Notes: generated by a model from the sequence alone, not told the origin. Numbered from the whole stretch's first letter, positions 14,511 through 26,670 are shown. The stretch: 62,961 nucleotides of DNA, filler included, from Perkinsus chesapeaki ATCC PRA-425 (GCA_013115145.1; 4 parts of 4 records of this genome joined end to end with filler, not necessarily neighbours in it), one strand, 5' to 3'. Numbers and translations are program-made.

Positions 14511-14918
14511 TGCAGTATTACTGATCCGATAGTGATTCATCGTGTAGATGTGCACTATTAACACAAGTAGAGTAAAACTCTAAGGAAGATAGAGAATAGA
14601 AAACATAGCTAGTGGGGAACAACTTGGAAAGGAGACAAGCTTTGTGTTACACATTTTGCCAATATGATAGTGCAGATTCCCCTCTCGCAACTCTAAGTGT
14701 AAACAGCTACGATCGAGAATGCATTGAAAGTAATAGAAGCCGTAATGGTGACTGAATACAGTTTCCAACGAATTGTTGGATATAGGCCATAACATGGGAC
14801 ATAGTCAGCTTTGTTGGTAAATCATTTACTGTAAATGCCATCAATCACCAGTTAACCAAAATTCTTCTGTTTCAGTTTCTCAGCATTCACTCAACGATAC
14901 TAATCCTTGGGTAAGGAC

Positions 14919-15540
14919 CTAGAATCTGAGTCTCTGTGGGGGTCTTATTATCCGGCCTCTTTGGGTCCTTATCGTCGAGGATGATGATTCTCGACTGGCT
15001 TCGGGCTCCTCCTGCTGGACTACTTCATGGTGTGAAGGTGATGTCTTCGGTGAACTTGGCCTTGGAGAACGACTGAGCTTCAACGGCACCTTATACATTC
15101 TGCTCATTGTCGAATTTCTTGATCCTTCAACTTGCTCATTAATGGCATCTTCTGGGGCAGGAACACAATCACGAACATGACGTTCAACAATTTGGTGACG
15201 ATTAAGAGAACCGAGCAATACTTTAACACCACTCTGTTTGAGGACGCGCATCAGTTGCCATTTTTTGTCCACCTTAAACCTTCTATCCCCCGAGCGGTCC
15301 CGCACGTAGACTAACGTACCATTTGGCAGCAGTGGTGGTGGCGGACGAGATAAGATAGCATGCGACCTTCGCTCACCAAGGACATCTTCCACATGCTCTT
15401 GTAGTAGTGCTTGTTCTCTCTGATCTGGTTGTCCTTCACCATGTGGGCGTCTACCATACATTAAGGAGTAGGGCTCCACTCCGTGAACCGATGATGGAGT
15501 CGATCGAATGCCCCATAGTATATCATCAAGCACCCCACAG
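14919..15540 (-). mobile_element. LTR retrotransposon pol C-terminus (integrase tail, Ty3/Gypsy-like), truncated by the gap
   Basis: Intronless ORF with LWGIRSTPSSVHGVEPYSLMYGRRP (post-catalytic integrase motif) and a terminal RTQRGRIIRPPQRLRF, typical of Gypsy-type integrase ends. No LTR identified. Confidence 0.75.
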
Positions 15541-16402
15541 NNNNNNNNNNNNNNNNNNNNNNNNNNNNNNNNNNNNNNNNNNNNTTAATTAATTAANNNN
15601 NNNNNNNNNNNNNNNNNNNNNNNNNNNNNNNNNNNNNNNNGTCCTGGTGCTGAGGAGGCATTGAGAATGCTTCCGTGGGATTCACCTCTTATCTCTACTC
15701 TGGGCTATGATGGCCCGAATAATGTTTACCCGTCGAGTTATAGATTAGCCTACACCATAGTTCTATTATGTTACATTTTTGCTCAGCACATTTTCTTCTG
15801 TATCCTTGCTCGACGCTCGTTGGGTGGGCGCGTGATGCGCTTACTGAACTGCAGAGAGAATACTGCTTCTACGTGATTTTTTTGCCACGCTTCGGCTTGC
15901 TGGCTTTTTACGAAGACTTTTGATCGCCAAAGGCTTTAGTTGCTAGTTATAAAGATCGTCGCAGCAACTCCTCTCGCCAGCGAACAAAGGCGTTTTGCCA
16001 CAAAAGAGTGGTTTTCATCCCCGAAATGCGAGCTCGATTGGCGCACAATACGCCGCGTATTGTGCGCCATAGAGAGCCTATTGATAAGGAAAACTCGCCA
16101 TATTGATACGCGTATTATACGCGTATCCACTCTCCACGAACTACGAGGAAGCCACTCAGCTCCGAAGCTTAAGCGAACAGTTAATGGTTGAAGTACACAG
16201 TCGAGCGCGCACACAAGTCATGTGGGACTATGGCGCGAATCGCCTCCCAAATCACTGCGCGTTCATTTCGTTTTCAGTGGCAAAACAGATACGGCTTGTC
16301 GAAAAGTGTGATAATGCTACGTGCTGTGACAGGTTAGCTTTCCCTTCCGTTCCGTGTGTTACTTGAGGAACATAAGAAGTCATAGAGAGAGAAACGCAGT
16401 AG

Positions 16403-17581
16403 TTATTTAGTCACGACTTTGTAGTTCTTGGATGAGGCACGACTGGCTGATGCGCCTTTCTTCTTTAACCACACCTTGTGCTGTTGGTCCACCAAGTCCA
16501 ATGCTATCGTACGATCGAAGATCATTCCATCTAGATACCATTCTGAGGAGGCCGAGTAGAGTATCTTAGGTTGAAGCATGGCTTACTTGTTGGCTCCTTA
16601 GCGAACAATGCCTTATAGCTGTCCATCCAAGCCTTAACCTTCACCATTTCGTTCGCTGTTTCCTTGTCAGTGAGAGGCTTGCAGCATGCGGTGCCAATAA
16701 GCTTCCAGTCGGCAGCACCCTAAAGCAGCACAAAATGAACCCAAGTGTGAACATATAGGCCCACCTCATCTATCAGACAGACAGCTCCGAGAATCTGCAC
16801 CTGTGCCACTTCACCTGGAGACAAATGCTTTCCTGAGAAAATGCGTTCAATCGATGAAATGCCGCGCATGCGGCAGCACGCACCAGATATCTCGATGAGG
16901 TCGAGCGGGTCACCATCGCCTCTGAGGCCGGTGATGTTATCGTGCCAATCGACCGGGTCCGACCACGTCTGCGGAAGGAATCCGTAGTTGAAGCAAGGTC
17001 CGCTTCCCAACCTGTGGAGAATCTTTCGCGCAATAAGTATCTTAGCTCACTTTTCTATCGCCTTTGTTCCTCGCGGATCATTGGCAATATCTGACGTTTC
17101 CGGCTCCAGCTCGTAACGAGCGTGGACTCCCCGAGGGATCTCTGTTACGAACATGAACTTTCCATCGCTCCCGCGAAGAGGAATCTAAAAAATCATCCAC
17201 AGCGGCAGATCGCACTGGGCTGTGGCTTACGTCATGCCAGAAGGACCTGTGCTCACCGGTGTCGGCATCCACGAGTTGATACCTCTCGGGGAGCGCTCGT
17301 CGACTCAACCGCTTACCACGGGTAAGCAAGAAAATACCGAGGCCGGCCGCGGCAAACGATAGGCCAAGCCAGAGGTAGCTGGATGGTAGAGAACTGGGCT
17401 TCGAGGGCATCGCGGCAGTGCGGAGATTTCCCGTGTGAAGAGGAAAGATTGCAGGGGACGCAGTGTGTGCAACTGCCGAAGAGTTCGAAGCTGGTCTGAT
17501 GAAGAGCGGCGAGTTTAGAAGGCAAAGTGCCACGCCGACGAGAAGGCCTATGAGGCGGGTGCCTGGCCGTACACGAGTCAT
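16403..17581 (-). CDS. Family I soluble inorganic pyrophosphatase with ~100-aa N-terminal presequence
   Basis: SFWHDV, NYGFLPQTWSDP, GDGDPLDLIEI, LGAVCLIDE, ADWKLI, MDSYK and ALDLVDQQHKVW are family-I PPase motifs. Confidence 0.9.
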
Positions 17582-17935
17582 TGGGGGCAGTCAAAATATA
17601 ACTATTTTTTCCTATTCCACAGCAGCGTATATTTTGAAGGGCACCTTACTGGTAAAACGAAACCGGTAAAATGAGCTTCCAATTTCTCAGGGAATTGAAT
17701 TTCCTCGGACGAATGGCAAAACCCCCGTTGGGTGGGGAACTCAAAGCGTGTGATTGACTGTAGAGAAGAAACGGCTGCACAAATATGAATGCAGCGGGTA
17801 TATAGGGATGAGTGATGATCGGAGGTTCGATCCCGGCATCCTGCATCTTTAATTCGTAGATGCTGGAACGGGAATACCGATAAGGTGGTTGGCAAAGTAC
17901 AGAAAGTGGCGAAGAGACCAAGAGGTGACCAAGAG

Positions 17936-19830
17936 TTAATCCTTCTTCAGGAGATTGTATAAATCATTAAGACAGGCGGGCTGTTTGTTCTGAAGATATA
18001 TAATGGATGATATGATCATTATTGGCTATATTATCTTACTTGTGCTTTATTAACTATCCAAGTTGGTATGTTACCTTTAACATCAACTTGATTATACATA
18101 GTAACAGTTAACTCATTTGTTGATGGATTAATCTCCATAGCATATCCGGCAAATTTAACATCACATCGAACATAACCAGGAAGGACGCCATTCTCAGGAT
18201 ACTCTAAAATAAATATATAAAATAAATAATGCAAATGAAGGATAACTACTCACCTGGAAGTTCTACGGACTTTGACGAGATAATCCAGAGGTTGTCGTTG
18301 ATTTTCTGCCGTAAAATAGCATACACTGCATCACGCCCACCGACTTTCATCATGCCTGAAATCGATTAGAAATGAACACCAGTGGAGTTCTCGCGGTCAC
18401 CCTTGAAAGCGCTGTAATGTAGATCCAACCTTCTCTCTGGTTCGTCAATAATGGCTCTCTTCAACATCTTACCTGAGACACACTGTCAAAGACAACTTGG
18501 AAAACTGCGGTTGCGAGAGCTTCAATTTTCAAGTGCATTAATTCACTGCATTGAATATGGTAATGTGTGCATCGAATTCTAGGTTTTTAACTCATAATTG
18601 ATAATCAAATACGAAAGCACGCAAGTTCGAATCCTGGCCGCGATAACTCTGAAAATAAGGGCTCACCATCAGCAGTTTGGTTGTCAAATTTAGATCTCGA
18701 TTCGGGGTCCATAAGGATATCCATCAACTTCTGCAAATCAATCTCATTTTCTCCAAAGGAGCGATAGCCCATAACAACCTGCACGCATGCACAAGCTCAA
18801 ATTTGCAGTGATGTGATGCGCCAACCTGGAAGGCGTCGTCGGTCTGCGGCTTGACCATGAGGGTGACTGGACCGGCCTTCCCATTTGGATTGAATTCGGC
18901 CTTCCCTTCTGGTGATAAATAATAAAGGACCTTTCCTTGGGCCTCCATCGCCGCATCCAATAGTTTCTAATAAATATGCACCATCCAGGGATCGAACCCG
19001 CGACCTACCTGTGTCTCAGGCGTTAACGAAGGACCTGTCATTGCCTTCGGGGTCTCCTGAGTCACATCACCAGTTTCAGAAAGCAGCGCGGAGGTACGCC
19101 TACCACTTCACCATTCTCGAGCTGAGGTTGAGTAATAACCGATATACAATCGAAGAAGTCTTCACTCGTCCATGACTGGACATGCGTTAGTCGACTCTGA
19201 GAAAAGCAGCAAATGCGCTGATGTAAGATCTGACCGTCGATCGAACAGGCATGCGGAACGTCTAATTCACCTCAGAGCCTTCAGTGGTAGCAGCGGCTGT
19301 CTCCGCAACGATCGCAGGTTCCTGAAGAAAACACAAAGGTGGATAACAACGAAGTTCAGTCATCACGAAATCTTCCTTCCGGGATTTTCCCGCCACTTGA
19401 AGAAGCAAATGTACTAGCGCGTGAGAGTACCATTTTTTAGCAACTACTCAAATTTCACGAAGCGGGAGTCCGGAAAATTTCCCGGTGAATTTTCAGGAAG
19501 AATGCCAGGCAGTAAAGTTGACCGGGGAACGGCAAGTTAAGCGACTTGACGTTTACATAATAATACGCTGCAATATTTCCCAACAGAAATGCCAATGGTG
19601 GCGTCTGGACAAGGAAAAACCCTGATTTATAGACCTTCGGAAATATCTCGATTTGGGGACAGCCCGCGACACAACGGACGTACATGCTCGGAGTGGCGCT
19701 GTTTCTCGGCAGGGACAGTCAAGTCCGAAACAGCAATCTCAAATTCGAAATGGTTCCCTGAAGGACTTCTTCTGAGCTGTTTAGGATCTAGCACGACTGT
19801 TCGAGATTCCTTTGAAGATGCGCAACCCAT
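17936..19830 (-). CDS. START-domain lipid-binding protein, paralog 1 (N-terminus MGCASS)
   Basis: Spliced exons read GGRDAVYAILRQ..SKSVELP|EYPENGVLPGYVRCDVKFAGY..QVDVKGNIPTWIVNKAQ, the START C-terminal signature. Confidence 0.8.
18967..19008 (-). other. 42-nt intron consisting of a tRNA 3'-half-like sequence (B-box)
   Basis: GTAGGTCGCGGGTTCGATCCCTGGATGGTGCATATTTATTAG. Removing it restores the frame PETQ|KLLDAAME. Confidence 0.75.
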
Positions 19831-20374
19831 TGAAAATAATTTGAACTATTAATGACTTGGGAATCATCGAGTGTTACTCCGCCGGTAGTAACTGTAACAT
19901 ATCAGAGACGGTCAAGAACGCAGGCCTGGGCTCTAGGAAAGCCGAGGGGCACGAAGGCACACCACATGCCCCCAGCCATCCTGCATTTAGCTTTCCTTGA
20001 TTCACTAGTAACATATTTCCTATCGAGTTTTCCATTATCTTTTCACACTAGGAATGCTTCTTAAGCTTCGGGAAACAGATTTTGACGTGGCCGGATCGCT
20101 CCCTCGCTAAATCCGTTTCGAAGCTCTAGTCTGTCTTGCCGGTTAAAGATCCAAAAAGACACAAATTATTTCATCTTCCTTGAAAAGAGAAGAACACAAC
20201 TCATTCGAAGCGTCGAAACTGATGAACTGGATTGCACGACTGCCTCGGTGAACAGCTGAATAAACGGCAAAGATACGACGGCCTTACGGTGATGATGCCG
20301 CACGGGGAAAGATATTTTACGGGTGGCTACATCAACAAGAGCATAAACGTGCACGAAGCTCTGGAACAAAAACA

Positions 20375-22826
20375 TTAGTCCTTCTTCAACAGCTTGTACA
20401 TCTCGTTTAGACAGGCGGGCTGTTTGTTCTAAAGATATATAATGGATGATATGAACATTATTGACTATATTATCTTACTTGTGCTTTATTAACTATCCAA
20501 GTTGGTATGTTACCTTTAACATCAACTTGATTATACATAGTAACAGTTAACTCATTTGTTGATGGATTAATCTCCATAGCATATCCGGCAAATTTAACAT
20601 CACATCGAACATAACCAGGAAGGACGCCATTCTCAGGATACTCTAAAATAAATATATAAAATAAATAATGCAAATGAAGGATAACTACTCACCTGGAAGT
20701 TCTACGGACTTTGACGAGATAATCCAGAGGTTGTCGTTGATTTTCTGGCGCAAGATTGCGTAAAGAGCATCTCGACCACCAACGTTCATCATGCCTGAAG
20801 GGAAAACCGAATGAATGCAGGCTGCTTAACTATGCCCGCTGAACCACTTAACTTCACAAACCTCCACTACTAGCAAATATTTTCATACTTTCCAAAGAAG
20901 TGATGTAACGTACGCCGCACGTCGTGCGGTATAATACCACAAGGCAATCATACGTGATACGTTACTAATGCGCCGTAATAAGTGGTTATACCAAACACGC
21001 AATGATCGACTTATATACACACTGCTGCGTACTGCTCGACAGAATACTCTAAAATGTTTCCCCAAAATTACTCCACGTGGAAGTTCTAGTATTTTCCCGA
21101 GAAGTGTCACCTTTATAAGCACCATAATGGAGGTCTAGTCGCTTATCTGGTTCGTCGATCAAACCTCTCTTCAACAACTTTCCTGAGAAACAAGCACTCA
21201 ATGCCAGCCGGCCATCCGACCAATTGTGGCAAAACATTTTCACCAAAAGTCATTCTGTGACATAAAGTGTTATTGAATTCTCCACACCTGCCTGTCAATA
21301 AATTTCCAAAAGAGTGTCAGAGAAAAGAAGAATCATTCTTCGATGCTCTGCTCGACTATGCCTTCTCAGAGAAAGGACGGAGCTCGGAGAATCGTCAGGA
21401 ACATCTTTTGAATTGTCTCAAGTTCGATCCCCAGGCATGTCATTTCTCTGCGAAAAATCCTTTTTTGCCCGTAAGCCTTTACGATGTTCCAACTAGAGCG
21501 CACTTTCCGCAGTTTCGTTGGTAGCCCAGAGTCAGGGCGTAGCATGTCTTAATAACGTCTGTAGATCGAGTTGGATGATTCGTACGCACGCACAAAGAGT
21601 TAATAACGTGAGAGTACTCTCCGCTCGCTCCGCACTTTTTCACTTACCGTCAGCAGTTTGATTATCGAACTTCTTCCTTCCAACAGGATCCATAAGTAAA
21701 TCGAGTAGATCTTGCAATTTCACCTCGTCGATGCCGAAAGACCGATAACCCATCACAACCTGACACAGCAGTAGTGCGAGGGAGAATGGGAAAATTTCAG
21801 AAATTTCCCGAATTTTCGGAAGCTGAAATATAATTTCCTTTCGAATGAAAAAATTCGACACAAATTGGAGAGAACTTACCTGGGGTGCATCATCGGTCTG
21901 CGGCTTGACCATGAGGGTGACTGGACCGGCCTTCCCATTTGGATTGAATTCGGCCTTCCCTTCTGGTGATAAATAATAAAGGACCTTTCCTTGGGCCTCC
22001 ATCGCCGCATCCAATAGTTTCTAATAAAAAGTGCACCATTCAGGGATCGAACTTGCGACCTACCTGTGTCTCGGGGTCCAGACTCGGCAAAGCGGCTGGC
22101 ACTACTTTCGGTGTAACCTAAGATACTCGTCAATGACAAGCTATCCAAGAAATATCCACACTCACCACTTCCCCGTTCTCCAGCTGCATCTCTGAGATTG
22201 CCGAAACACAATCCGCGAAATCTTCACTGCGCCACGACTTAACGTGAATGAGTCGGCTCTGCGCGCGAAAGGTATCCAGATCAATGCACTATAGAACTTA
22301 CTTCATCATCACCATCGGCATGGGAGTTACCGGCAGTAGTGGGCTCCGCTAAGGAAGCCAACTGAGACAGGATAACCTTATTTGAAATATACCGATAAAT
22401 GCACATAACGATAATTATTTTAATTGTTGTTGGTTAATTATTATATCAATAGAAGTAGAGTTATTGAGAATAAAAAATTTTCCCACTGATATCATAATTT
22501 ACAATTGTATAATCATTATAATATGACGGTCAGCCTGAAGAATGTGTAATATCACCTAAGGGAGACACGAGTAATTCCGCCGACTATATAGTGGTATATC
22601 TCCCAGTTAGATGACTTCTTAATTACCAGCCTACCTGTTTTTGCTGTTGTTCTTGTTGGTCTCCATTATAATCACCTCTATCACTTTGTACTTCCTCTAT
22701 TATCGGTCCTCCACTATAATATGTTGATGGCACTTCAAATTGGAGATGTCTACCAGAATTACTCCTCTTAAGTTGACGAGGATCCAAAACTATAGTAGTA
22801 CTCGACTTGGACGAGGTACATCCCAT
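20375..22826 (-). CDS. START-domain protein, paralog 2 (MGCTSS)
   Basis: Same exon series as paralog 1; the 3' block is nearly identical to it. Confidence 0.8.
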
Positions 22827-22827
22827 A

Positions 22828-22962
22828 CTAGTGAAGGGGATAAAAAAACAACTACCGGGAATCGAACCTGTGCCTCCCCCATGCACAGTTCACCGGGTAC
22901 ACTTGAAACGTTGATTAGACGGAAATACGGTATGAAATAATCAATACGAAGATACGACTTAC
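22828..22962 (-). other. Putative 5'-UTR intron with a tRNA-like 3' part (B-box 22859-22868), directly before the ATG
   Basis: GTAAGT...CTGTGCATGGGGGAGGCACAGGTTCGATTCCCGGTAGTTGTTTTTTTATCCCCTTCACTAG|tATG. Confidence 0.55.
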
Positions 22963-23203
22963 GTAGCATACACTTATAATCATCGAGTAATCTCACTTAG
23001 AGCAATAAAAACTATAATGTAGATAACAGTGCCTATCAAAGTCAAGAAAAAATCTTCATCAAGTCTGGAGTGCATGCTTCGAGCTCAGGAATCACCTGAA
23101 GAAGAGAATCACACAACTATGCGAGCAATACAGCAAAGTAGGCGGGAACACACTACGATAGATCGCAGGTTCGATCCCGGCACATGTCATTTTAAAACTC
23201 ACC

Positions 23204-26200
23204 TTATTTTCCCTTAAGGAAGCCATATAGATTATTCAGACTCGCAGGCTGTCCCTTCTAAAAAGAACTATCGACAAATAAACCGATCCGACCAACTCAC
23301 CAGCCCTTTCAGAGCGACCCATCCAGGAATCATATGCACATTTCCGGCCGGGTTGGCGCGGTTGACCATGGTCACCGTGAGGTCCTTAGTTCTGGGGTCG
23401 ATCTCGATGGCATATCCGCAACAGATGAGGTGGGATCTCACATGGTCAGCGTGCCGGGAGCCTTCTGGACACTCTGAAATACAAGCGATATTTTACTGCA
23501 GTGGTTAAGCTGTGAAACTGCTAACCGAAAGGTATCCGGTTCAATCCCTCCAGTGACTATTTATTACCTGGTACTTCCACCGACTGCCATGAAACCATCC
23601 AGAGGTTCTCATTAATTCTCTCACGTAGAATTGCGTAGACGCAATCTCGCGCCGATACAGTAAAAAGACCTAAACACGGTCTTGAATGCAATGGACCTAA
23701 ACCCTTCAAAAACACTCAAGAAAATGCTACACGTGAAATATATACAGTATCTATAACAAAAAGAAGGGTTCTAGAGCCAAGACCGAGCACGACAATGAGA
23801 ATGGTAATAAGTTTGACTGAAAGCGCAGTTGCAAAAATAACGGCGTTATTTTTCAAAGTGAACGAGAGCACCTGAGTGCATTCAGCATTATTATAACACT
23901 AAACGCACCGAAGCACTCGTTCACAGAACTCCTTAGTAGTGCTGAGTGGTGAAGGTTTATAAGTAAGTTAGAAATACCAAGCTCATTTGTAAAGAGTTGA
24001 GATAGTAGTAGTGCGCTGTGAAGTTTGATAAATATTTCAACATGCTACTTCATAACACCAAGCTCACCTTTAAACTCAGCATAATGGACATCAAGTCGCC
24101 TATGAGGCTCATCTATCATGCCCCTTCTCAGAATCTCGCCTAAATAACAAGACCCTGGTTCGATCCCCGGTCACGACATCTCTCACCTTCCCCAGCCTGC
24201 GGATTATATTTATATCGAGTTGCTGGATCCATCAGCAAGTCCAGCATGAAATTCAAATCGATCTCTTCCGCTCCGAAGGATCGACTGCCAGCCACTATCT
24301 AACCGCCGAACGATCCAGGTTCTACCCCACCGCCGGCATTTTCCTCACCGGAAATGGCTCGCCAGGCGGCGGGTCTTTCGCTATAAGATCGACTGCGCCA
24401 GCCTTCCCAATACAGCGGAACTCTGCTTTCCCTTCTGGTGTTAAATAGTGGAGAAATTGAGCCTGCGCACTTTTCGCGGCTTCCAAGAACTTCTGAAAAC
24501 ACAGTCGAGCTACCCGATCAGGCAGGTTCAGTTTTCCCAAAAACCCCTTCACAACGGATTGACCATCGACAACTTATTAGTTCCTCCGCTTACTGGAACG
24601 CCACAGAGACTTCCACTCGAGCGAATCTTTTGCTACTAAACAACTCACCGTGACCCCACCCCTGGCTGGTGATCGCTATGGCTATGTACTATGCTCTAGT
24701 AGACCACGGTTGCCCAGAGTCTAGTCTGGTACATGTAGAGCAGCTTTACATGGACCGTATTTATATATGCATGGATCAATATAAACCCCCTAAGATAAGA
24801 TTATCTCTGCATTTTGAAAATTGCATAGCATTATCAAAAAAAGTTATTCTTACAAAATTAGACCTGAAACTTTGAGGCTACATCAGATTTAGTACTGTCC
24901 TAACTCTGTGCGAAGGGGAGACTCAAACTCTCATAGACAGCACAGATACGTGGGAAAAATGACTGTGCCGAAAATCTATGGAGGGATGTAGTCGTCATGA
25001 GCCACTTCCTCCACAGGGGTGTTTCTCAGCCATAAACAGGAATTGTCCCCTCGATTAACCGATGAATCTTCGAATGGAGGATCCTATCGCTCCTTCGCAC
25101 TAGCTCCACCCCCCTACCTGCGAGGTCTCATCCAGCTTAGTCTGCACTGGCGGTATGACCTACGGAAATATAAACTCACCAAACCTCCGCGATCAATTCT
25201 CTTACCTCCTCCACAGGGGAATTTCCATGATCCGAAAGACAGTCTAAAAAATCTTCACAGTGCGGGGATATCTGAACGACCAAGAAAAGATTTCTGTGAA
25301 CGAACCGGCTCCGTTATTAAACTGGTCGATGCTCCAATATGTCCCGAATCGGAGTCCCAATGAAACACGGTATTCACTTCCAGACCATTTTTCTCTGCCT
25401 TCAAATCAAATAACTATTCCCTCACAGAAGCTCCTTGATTGCGAGAGATAAGTAGGTATACTCAACATTATGACATATCTATCGCATACAGTATCCGACC
25501 CTATAATACACTCTCTTGGCCATACTAATACTTAGTTCCCTCCAAAATCGCCAGATCCCTCGTAACATGCTCCGTTATTATTCACTCCTTTCTACACCCT
25601 ATAAAACGTTCTACTATCCGCAATTTAGTAAACTGGAAAGGTGTGTTGTTCAATAAGCCTTCGCGGCATAATGCCGACTTAACCGTATCCGGATAAAATC
25701 CCAAACTACCTGGGCATGCGGAGCTTCCGGTAACGTAGACGTAGCGGCCGTAGAGATATCCATCTGACCAACAATCCTTTCAGCAAAGCCACTTCCTTTA
25801 TTTCTGGTGACTTCTACGCGAGAGCGGTATAAAGTAATAAACTCATTATACATAACTTCTCATTCCATCGTCAGATTTTGTCGATAGCCTACACAATGGG
25901 CTCCGCACTCGAGCTCTAGTGCGCATGCCCCCTCTCCTATCCTACTATTTTCCAAGCATCCTGATAGTGATAACTATTCTCAACAAGTGAAAACTCATAC
26001 AACGGTTGCAACCGCGGAGCTTCCGGACTTTCCAAAGCACGACGCGAATATGCATTGCTGATAGGAGAAGCAAAAAGTGGGGAGAAGTCCTACTATTGAA
26101 AAATAAACGAAAGGCACGTGCAACTAGGGCACATGATGACTGAGTAGGGTTGATATTTTGTGGTAGTACTGGTAGTAGCTATCAACAACATTCCAAACAT

Positions 26201-26441
26201 ACTATCCCTCACCGATATCCACACTACCGTTGAGAAATCCCATACCAGTCATCCCTATTACCGCCCTAATAGAGTGCTGCTGCTGATCACCTCCATCACT
26301 TTGTACTTCCTCTATTATCGGTCCTCCACTATAATATGTTGATGGTACTTCAAATTGAAGATGTCTACCAGAATTACTCCTCTTAAGCTGACGAGGATCC
26401 AAAACTATAGTAGTACTCGACTTGGAAGAAAGACAACCCAT
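23204..26441 (-). CDS. START-domain protein, paralog 3 (MGCLSS)
   Basis: Homologous exons (KFLEAAKSAQAQFLHYLTPEGKAEF; LLMDPATRYKY; IDEPHRRLDVHY; PAGNVHMIPGW). Exon 1 is nearly identical to paralog 2. Confidence 0.75.
23487..23559 (+). pseudogene. Degenerate tRNA body (Asn-like anticodon arm, nominal anticodon GCT), antisense inside a START paralog 3 intron
   Basis: GCAGTGGTTAAGC...CTGCTAACCGAAAGGT..GGTTCAATCCC. A14, U33 and G53-T54-T55-C56 fall at canonical tRNA numbering; stems are poorly paired. Confidence 0.65.
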
Positions 26442-26458
26442 TTAACTTGAAGGAAAAC

Positions 26459-26530
26459 AAACAACCCTGTGATTTGAACCTACGTCCATCTGCTTAACAA
26501 CCTTCCCCCATACCACCACGCCATTGCCAC
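26459..26530 (-). pseudogene. Degenerate tRNA body (nominal anticodon GTT) in the putative 5'-UTR intron of START paralog 3
   Basis: TGGCGTGGTGGTA...TTGTTAA...GGTTCAAATC, with canonical spacing if the D-loop is 7 nt. Confidence 0.6.
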
Positions 26531-26670
26531 AACTTCACACAACCCCACTTTCTCTATGAAACGACTGCTCCCTATCAAAACTTACAGGAATTGATCCAAA
26601 ATGTAAAAATAACTTCCCGCTTTGTTGAAGCAGGGAGACTCAACTGAGAAAAATTCATATTAAAATCAAC

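Noticed and set aside
15541-15640. TTAATTAATTAA inside N runs (also 29262-29361 and 37062-37161)
   Set aside because: An identical all-frame-stop linker in fixed 100-nt spacers is a scaffolding artefact, not biology.
19840-19850. AGTTCAAATT upstream of START paralog 1
   Set aside because: Too degenerate to count as a B-box on its own; mentioned only as context.
22224-22237. TCGTGGCGCAGTGA (minus strand), matching the twin-intron A-box-like core
   Set aside because: It lies in a coding exon (SWRSEDFADC, homologous to SWTSEDFFDC in paralog 1), so it is a coincidental match.
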